Assembly (NCBI GenBank): GCA_015680685.1
Contig: MNCI01002612.1
Coordinates: forward strand, 69,051-133,050
Direction of reading: 5' to 3'
Length of the DNA: 64,000 nucleotides
Source of the DNA: Gnetum montanum
Taxonomy: Eukaryota; Plantae; Gnetophyta
The notes under the pieces were generated by a model. It had not been told where the DNA came from. It saw only the letters and a program-made list of their open reading frames with translations, and did not search any database. A program made the position numbers and the translations under genes. Positions 56,855 to 64,000 of the stretch are shown piece by piece (position 1 is the stretch's first letter; every line of letters begins with the position of its first letter).

Positions 56855-59800
56855 GAATCCAACCCCCAGGTGCCCCAGGAATTTCAAGTGATATATACTC
56901 ATTTGGATGAGTATATACCCAACTTCACCTTCATCTTGCATCAGGATGAGCAGATGCGATGGTGGGACATGAAGAGCAACGTTATATTGTCCCCTAATTG
57001 ATTGGTTCCCAGAATGCTGCTCTAAACTCTCACCAGATTGGGCATTCAGGATCGAGTTGAGGAGTACATGATGGAGGATCGCAATTATCAAAACTATCAT
57101 CCAAATGAGGCACAACGTAAGCAGAACCTACAGTAGGCACAACACCATGAACGAGAAAACAACAAATGTTCTAGTAACCTGTTGTCCTGGCCAGCCCAAC
57201 ATGATGATGAGGGACTTGTTCCTCGTGGTTCCTATTCTTTCGCATCTCCACCCCCATGTTAGAACATCTAATCCATCATACAGAGTAAAGGGTCAAGTAA
57301 TTGGGAGTTTCAGGATGCTAAGGGATCTCTTGGAGGAGATCATGGTGAAGGTGAAGATGGACATGATGGTTGAGGTCATCGTCATGGAAGAGGAGGTGAT
57401 CGACACAGTGGGGGTGGTAGTCCCTACCCTTATGCTCACTTCCCTCTTTCTACCTTAGCTTCATTAAGTTCTAAATCTAACCATAATTGTTGTAGGAGGA
57501 ATTGTGATGATGATGATCGAGGAGGCCAACGGGGACGGCATGACCGAGGGTGTGAGCGGTCACGGGAGGATCACCGTCATCACCGTCATAAAAGAAGAGG
57601 TAGCAAGGACCATCACGAATGCCATGGCCATCATCAGAATCATGACTTTGATGAACCATTTCTTGCCACTCAAAGCATGCTCAACATAGCAGAGGTAGTT
57701 CACATACCTAACAAGCATTTGCAAAATAGCCCAATCAAGCGCCTTGACATGAAGAACATTTCCAGAATTGAAGGGAGATACAATTGTGATCTGTAGACTC
57801 ACTTGCAAGCATTTCATGATACCTACACCCTGAAAAATATTGAAAATGAGTGGCAAAAACTCAAGCTATTCCCTCGAACACTTATCAAGGAATCAAAAAG
57901 CTAGTATCGATCTTTGGAGCTGGAATAAATCAGGTGATGGAGGACGATGTTGGAGCTCTTCAATGACAAATACCAAACCTACTCCAGAGTGTCTAATCTG
58001 AGACAAAAACTTTAGGGGTGGAAACAAGGTAGCCACGAACCCTTAGATGCAATCTTGAGTAGATATTACTCATTGCACTGATGCCTTGATCATGGCTACT
58101 CTTAGCGGAAGTAGCTTTGCCATGTCATAGATGGGCTCTATTTCGAAATAAGAAGGACCCTTGGTGTTTATGCTCAAGGACAACTATCCGAGTTAAGGGC
58201 TCATCAGCTTCAACGATTAATTGAGCAGGTAGCCAAGGAAGAGGGGGAACTATGGAAATAGGAAAGTGTATAGGAATATAATCGATACCCTTCCATCTAG
58301 AAGAGGGAGGTCCAATTCTGTTAAGATAAGGAGGAGTCATCTCTGGATGTAGTGGTGAACAGGAAGATTTTACGTATACAAAAGTTCACTTTTGAAATTT
58401 CAGCCAAGGTGGACAGGATGTGAGATTCTTTGGATGAAAAATTCCAAAGTGTTCTAAAAATCACTGAAGAATCCAAAGAACAACATAATGATCCAAATTG
58501 ACAAAGGAGAAAAGAGGTTGAACGTGCCTACCACAAAGGTAAGGGCAAGGTTGCTGTGGTAGAACAAGTGGTAGAATCGAACACTAAGGAAGATGATGGA
58601 TGTAACATATGCCAGTACGAACATCTTAAGGCATGTTGCCCCATGGTGTTATGTTTGCAAGAGTCTGGGATGTACATTCTGAATCCTCAGTTAGCAAAAA
58701 GGTAAACACCCTAGAGATTGCCTTATCCCCAAGGTAATTCTAGGCAGTTCCACCAGCAACAGGGATATTATCCAAGTGAAGCTCCGCCGCAACCATATGA
58801 GCACTACCAGCAATGGCAACACCCACAGTCATGGAGGATGCCACCCCCAAGGTAGTAGTACCATTACCGGTATCCAGATCCTTATGGGTACTACGTTCAG
58901 CAGCCAATCTTCCCGTGGGACTCTTTTAGTCATGTAACCTTCCAAAATCATTACTACCCTCTGGAATACTTTCTGGCCCAATCTCCATCACCTAAGGGGG
59001 AAAACCCACATTTGAACTATCCTTCAACACCTCCTTCTACCATACCTATCCATCATTCCTCAACTCAACTACCTCCTGCTTCACCTATGTAGGGGGAAAT
59101 ACCTCCACAACCATAGTAGCATAATGCCATGAGGGCCGTTAATTTACAACCAACTCCCCAGGTGAGTGGGTTAGAATCAAAACCACAAAAATGTTCTTTT
59201 TTCTAACTTAATAACCTAAACACACCCTCACACTCATTTGTGGCTAGTACCCCTGCATCTCCAACTGCCTTTGCCACGCAATCCTTCAAGCAACCTTCAA
59301 ACCAAACACCTTCCAATGTACAAACCGTCATGTTAACACATGTTGTGATAGACTGGATTAAGGTAGGTCATCTCCCTTGGAAATTGGCTGATCTAGGAAG
59401 CCCTCTATTATACCTTTAGGTAGCAGTGAACTAGCCATGCAAAGCTCTTTTGGATTTAGGGTTAGGTATCAACCTAATTTCACTTGATATGTATAAGAAT
59501 TGGAACTTGCCCCCATTTACGGAGAACAACATTCAACTCAAGTTAGCAGACCAATCCATTACGGTTTCCTTGGAAGTGGTAGAAGATATTGTGACCACCA
59601 TTTGTGGGTGGTCCTACCCTACTTATTTCTTGATGATCTATGTTGATAACTACAAGGGGGACTTCTCGATTATAATGGGAAGAGCATGGCTCAGCACGGT
59701 GGATGCACATTTAGGACTTCAGGATCTCTCCCTTGAAATTTTCAAGAAAAATGTCTTTGGGAAGATCGAGAAGAAGTGTGTTCCATGCATCATGTACAGT

Positions 59801-62800
59801 GACTCCAGGTGCAACTGTGTGCAGCAAATCTGGTCCGTTGAGTAGACATCCATTCAAATGTGCAGTTGGTGTGCCACCGAATCACAAATTCAATGATGCT
59901 TGTACATAGCTACCACTAATCAAGAAGGCACCTAGTGGTTGACTACTGATTCTGATAGTATATGCATGGAACTCTCTGAGGGCCTTGTATGTACCTATAT
60001 GGGGAGCATAGATGAACTGGAATAGATCCATCAACAACTTTCCACTACTAATGATGCTACTAATTGGGAAAAGCTGTACATCCCTGAAAGATTTAAACAA
60101 GAGCCCCTAGAACTAAAGCTCTTATTAGTCAATCTAGAATATGCATTCCTGCAAAATGGTAAGTCGATAATAATCAATCCCACCCTTGCTCCTAAGAAAA
60201 AGAAGAAATTGTTAAGGATGGTGAATAAGTGGTTAACTACCTTCGCATGGTCATATCCTGAATTAATGGGGATTGATCCGAGGGTATGCCAACATCAAAT
60301 CTATATCAACCCTTTCATGAAGCCATGATGACATCTACAAAGATAATTGAATCCCAAACTTAAATAGATCATCAAGGATGAAATTGAGAAACTACTAAAG
60401 GTAGGATTCATCTACCCCATTGTGGATAGTGAGTGGGTTACCTCACTCATTATTGTGCCAAAAAAGGATGGTAAAAGGAGGGTCTGTATTGATTTTCCAT
60501 TACTAAACATGGTAACCTTTAAGGATCATTTTTCACTCCCATTTGTGGACTAGGTGTTGGATATCATTTTGGGGCATTGTTACTATAGCTTCTTGGATGG
60601 TTACAATGGCTATAACCAAATCCAAATTGTGTCAGAGGACCAGTTCAAGACAATGTTTACGAGCCCCTGGGGGAATTTTGCATACAGGAAGATGCCCTTT
60701 GGCCTATGTAACACACCCAAAACCTTCCAATTCCTTGTCCTTAGCATCTTCCAGTAATAAATCGGAAATGGTGTAGAATTTTTTATGGATGACTTCTCCA
60801 CTTATGGGGAAACATTCAAGGAAGCCTTGGACTGCCTTGAGTAGGTTTTGAAGTGATGTGTAGAAACTAACTTACAGCTCAATTGGAAAAAGAGCCACCT
60901 AATGGCCCAAGAAGGCATTTTTTGGGGCATCGAATTTCACAAGCAGGGATCGGAGTGGATCCTAAGAAAATCAAGGTTATACAAGGAATTACCAGTCAAC
61001 CAGGAACTGTAAGGGATGTATGATTATTCCTTGGACACAATAGTTACTATCGACACTTCATCAAGAATTTTTCAAAGATCGCCAAGCCATTGGTGGAGCT
61101 AACCAAGAAAGATGCCCCATTTAGCTAGACTAGGGAATGTGAATTTGCATTCCAAACACTAAAGAAAAAACTCATAGAGACTCAAATTCTACAAGCCCCT
61201 AATTGTTCTAGACTATTTAACATCATGAAGAATGCATCTAATTTTACGTTGGAAGATGTGCTCACACAATTGGATGACTAGAAGCACCCATATTACAACC
61301 ACTATGCAAGATGTAGTATTGTGGGTGCTTAGCTAAATTACACCACCACCAAAAAGGAGTTAATGGAAATGGTGTTCGCCTTGTAAAAGTTTCGCCACTA
61401 TGTGCTCGGATACAAGGTGTTTGTGCATACAGACCATAGTGTCATTCGGTTTCTTATGAACAAACCAACGGTGAGCCCCCGTGTCATACGATGGCTCATG
61501 ATCCTTCAAGAATTTGATCTTACTATAGTAGAAAAAAAGGGAACTAAGAATGTGATGGCCAATCACTTATCTCAATTACAATGGAATAACATGGAGGAGG
61601 AGAGTCCACTCTCTGACTAGTTTCCAAATGAACTCCTCTTTGCTAGAGCAGTCACAAAGGAGGCTCCCACAGAAGCAAATTGGTTTAACGACATCCTCAC
61701 CTATCTTCTTACACAAGAGCTACCAAAGGAGTTGGATCATCGAAAGAAACAATAGTTTCTTCATAGATCCAAGCACTTCATGGAAATTAATGGACACCTT
61801 TACAAGGTGTGTGTGGATGGCTTGGTTTGAGGGTGCATCCCTGATGTAGATCAACTGTGTGTCCTCCAAGATGATCATGAGGGCCCTTGTGGGGTCCATT
61901 ATGCAGGAAGGCACATGACCATTAAGATTCTGCTTGTAGGATACTACTGGCCTACACTCTTTAAAGATGCTCAATGGTTTGTCCGCTCCTATGATCAATG
62001 TCAAAGAGATGGTGGGATGATGACAAGAATGGAGGGACCTTAACAGTGGATTCAGCCACTCGAACCCTTTAACATTTGGGGCATCGACTTCATGGGCCCC
62101 ATCACACCCATGTCAAATGGGAAGGTGTACATCATTGTTGCAGTGGACAACTGCACCAAGTGGATAGAGGCGACAGCCATCACTGACTATTCCTCAACCA
62201 TAGCCATGCGGTTTGTTTAGCAGCAAATTGTGAACAAGTTTGGGATGCCATGTGCACTCATTTCAGATAATGGCACTCACTTCATGGGTGCTACTTTTCA
62301 CAAATGCATGTAGCATTTAGGAGTAGAACATAAATTAATAACACCCTATCACCCCCAAGCCAACGGGCAAGTCGAAGTCACAAACCGAGACATTACAAAA
62401 ATCCTAACTAGGATGATTAGAAAATATAGGAGGGATTGGAGCACAAAACTTAACTACATCCTTGGGGCCTACAGCTCAACCTGGAAGCTTCCTATAGGCT
62501 ACTCCTCTTACGAGTTGGTGTATGGAAATCTACCAACACTCCCGATTTAGGCAGAACTCCAAACACTATCCACTACAAATGACTTAGGTCTTGACTTATG
62601 CTAGGCACAAGGATAACAGCTCATCAACTTAAATGTGCTAGATGAGAATCAATTAGTAGCCCTATCATTAAATGACATGCATAAGGCATATAACAAATAA
62701 CATCTTTCCCTTAGGATTCAGAAGGTAACATTTCAACATGGAGATAAGGTTCTCTATTAGAACCCCACACATGTGCCACAACGGACCAAGTTTCAAACAT

Positions 62801-62930
62801 GGTGGGAGGGACCTTATATTGTTTCCAAGACCTTTCCATTTGGAGCCCTACTCATACACAAACCTAAAGACACAACAAAAACACAGTTGGTGAACATGCA
62901 ACAATTAAAACCCTTCCATGAACTACACTA
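56855..62930 (+). pseudogene. pol: gag-pol of Athila-like element, many stops and frameshifts
   Basis: gag QKLKLFPRTL (~57850); PR ALLDLGLGINLI (~59440); RT YSFLDGYNGYNQI, MPFGLCNTP, FMDD (~60790); RH YTTTKKEL, VHTDH; [44 protein letters not shown]. Confidence 0.9.
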
Positions 62931-63632
62931 AACTAGTGTCACTACCACTTCATCAAGTGGTTGGCCACGTTCCATCTTTCAAATCTCCCCCTCCAAGCTT
63001 AGTTGTGGGGGAGATCGCTGCCCATGCTAAAAAATTTACCTTGGCCTCTTAGGTCTTTTCTTTATTTATTTTTTACACATTTTTTTTACACAATCGTTTG
63101 CACATTTAACATTTCTTACGTTCTCTTTCTCTTTTTTTTTTATATAAATATATTTCACCTTTAGTAATTCTATTTTGTTTTATTTTAGTTATTTCCCTCT
63201 ATTTATTTTTGCTAATAAATCTATCTTATTACTGCAAGATGCGATGGTGTAATGGTTGCGCCCAACTAGGGCATGCTTATTATGGGCTGCGTATTATATC
63301 TAGTTCTTACCTTAGCATTTTGGTTTCAGGAAACTAAGTTACACTTTCTTTCATGCAACAAGCAATGAGTCCATGACATCCGACCACTCACACTAGTCTA
63401 TGCTATCCTGGGATCAAGAGAAGTACAGTTCCTTTACAATTAATCAACTCCAATCAATCTTTGACCTTGGTGGATTCTAAATTGGGGAAGGATCTGAGTG
63501 GTAAGGAAAAGGGTGTGACATCGAGGGGATGTGGTGGACTACGTATCCTTGTATGATCTCTTATGCATTACTATCCTCAGGGACTCCTTCCTATTCCATG
63601 GCCACAAATAACAGGAAGTTGACATGTCCTTG

Positions 63633-63830
63633 CATGGTGTGGTTTCCATTTGAAAAAGAAAAAGAAAAAGAGAAACAACAAGAAAAATAATAACAAAACA
63701 TAATGGGAATTCAAAGCACACCCCTTGGACCAACCAATCTATCCTCACATGGTGTGGTTCCCATTCAAAAAAACAACAACAAACAAAATAATGGGAATTC
63801 AAAGCACACCCCTTGGATCAAATAATGGGC
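63633..63830 (+). repeat. Two-copy tandem duplication (~115 bp period) in the Athila 3' non-coding region
   Basis: CATGGTGTGGTT.CCATT...ATAATGGGAATTCAAAGCACACCCCTTGGA occurs twice (~63633 and ~63748). Confidence 0.75.
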
Positions 63831-64000
63831 TACACGCATTGGTTATGGGACTTGGATACTATGTTATTCAAATCTTATGGTCCCCTCTAACTAAGGCCCT
63901 TCCTCACTTCCTGCTTCCCTTTCCTTCTATATAAGGAATGGGATTTGGTCTTTGCGGACATGTGTATGACCTGAGTGAGTCGGTTGGTATTAGTCCATCA

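Larger units (their letters stand above)
55790..64000 (+). mobile_element. Autonomous-type Athila-like Ty3/Gypsy element (degenerate); 3' end off the window
   Basis: LTR 55790-56668 (TGATGAA...CTCATTA), PBS TGGCATCATTGCTAGGGA at 56670-56687, then gag, PR, RT, RH and INT in order, without aRH. Confidence 0.9.

Noticed and set aside
1-64000. Assigning the host to a specific taxon (a gymnosperm seems plausible)
   Set aside because: TE content and decay pattern are only suggestive; there is no diagnostic marker without a database search.

Overview
Repeat-dense plant nuclear DNA; the species cannot be determined from sequence alone. There are two assembly gaps, at 23476-24404 and 43252-43783. The only host gene is a GC-rich G-type lectin S-domain (SD2-like, non-RD) receptor kinase pseudogene (10832-13531, minus strand). 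The centrepiece is a full-length ~23.9 kb Ty3/Gypsy Tat-clade LTR retrotransposon (14525-38392) with a CCCAT target-site duplication (TSD), a tRNA-Asn PBS and the order RT-RH-aRH-INT. It has two unusual features. (1) Its polyprotein is split between protease and RT by ~6.4 kb holding a multi-exon ANTISENSE gene, which encodes an FCP1/NIF-type (HAD) phosphatase-like domain, a plant-mobile-domain-like region and a coiled-coil tail. A shared ~23-bp motif is arrayed beside this gene's promoter and again in the element's 3' UTR. (2) Its RT is interrupted by a ~4.5 kb antisense endogenous caulimovirid fragment in which viral RT is fused directly onto the viral tRNA-Met primer-binding site, the structure expected of a defective subgenomic circle. 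The rest is nested TE debris: two pol-less Athila-like elements (gag plus an extra ORF), an autonomous-type Athila-like element, solo or partial LTRs, a second Tat fragment, hAT, SINE, Copia and two LINE remnants. All domain calls come from manual motif recognition and need HMM confirmation; many boundaries are approximate.
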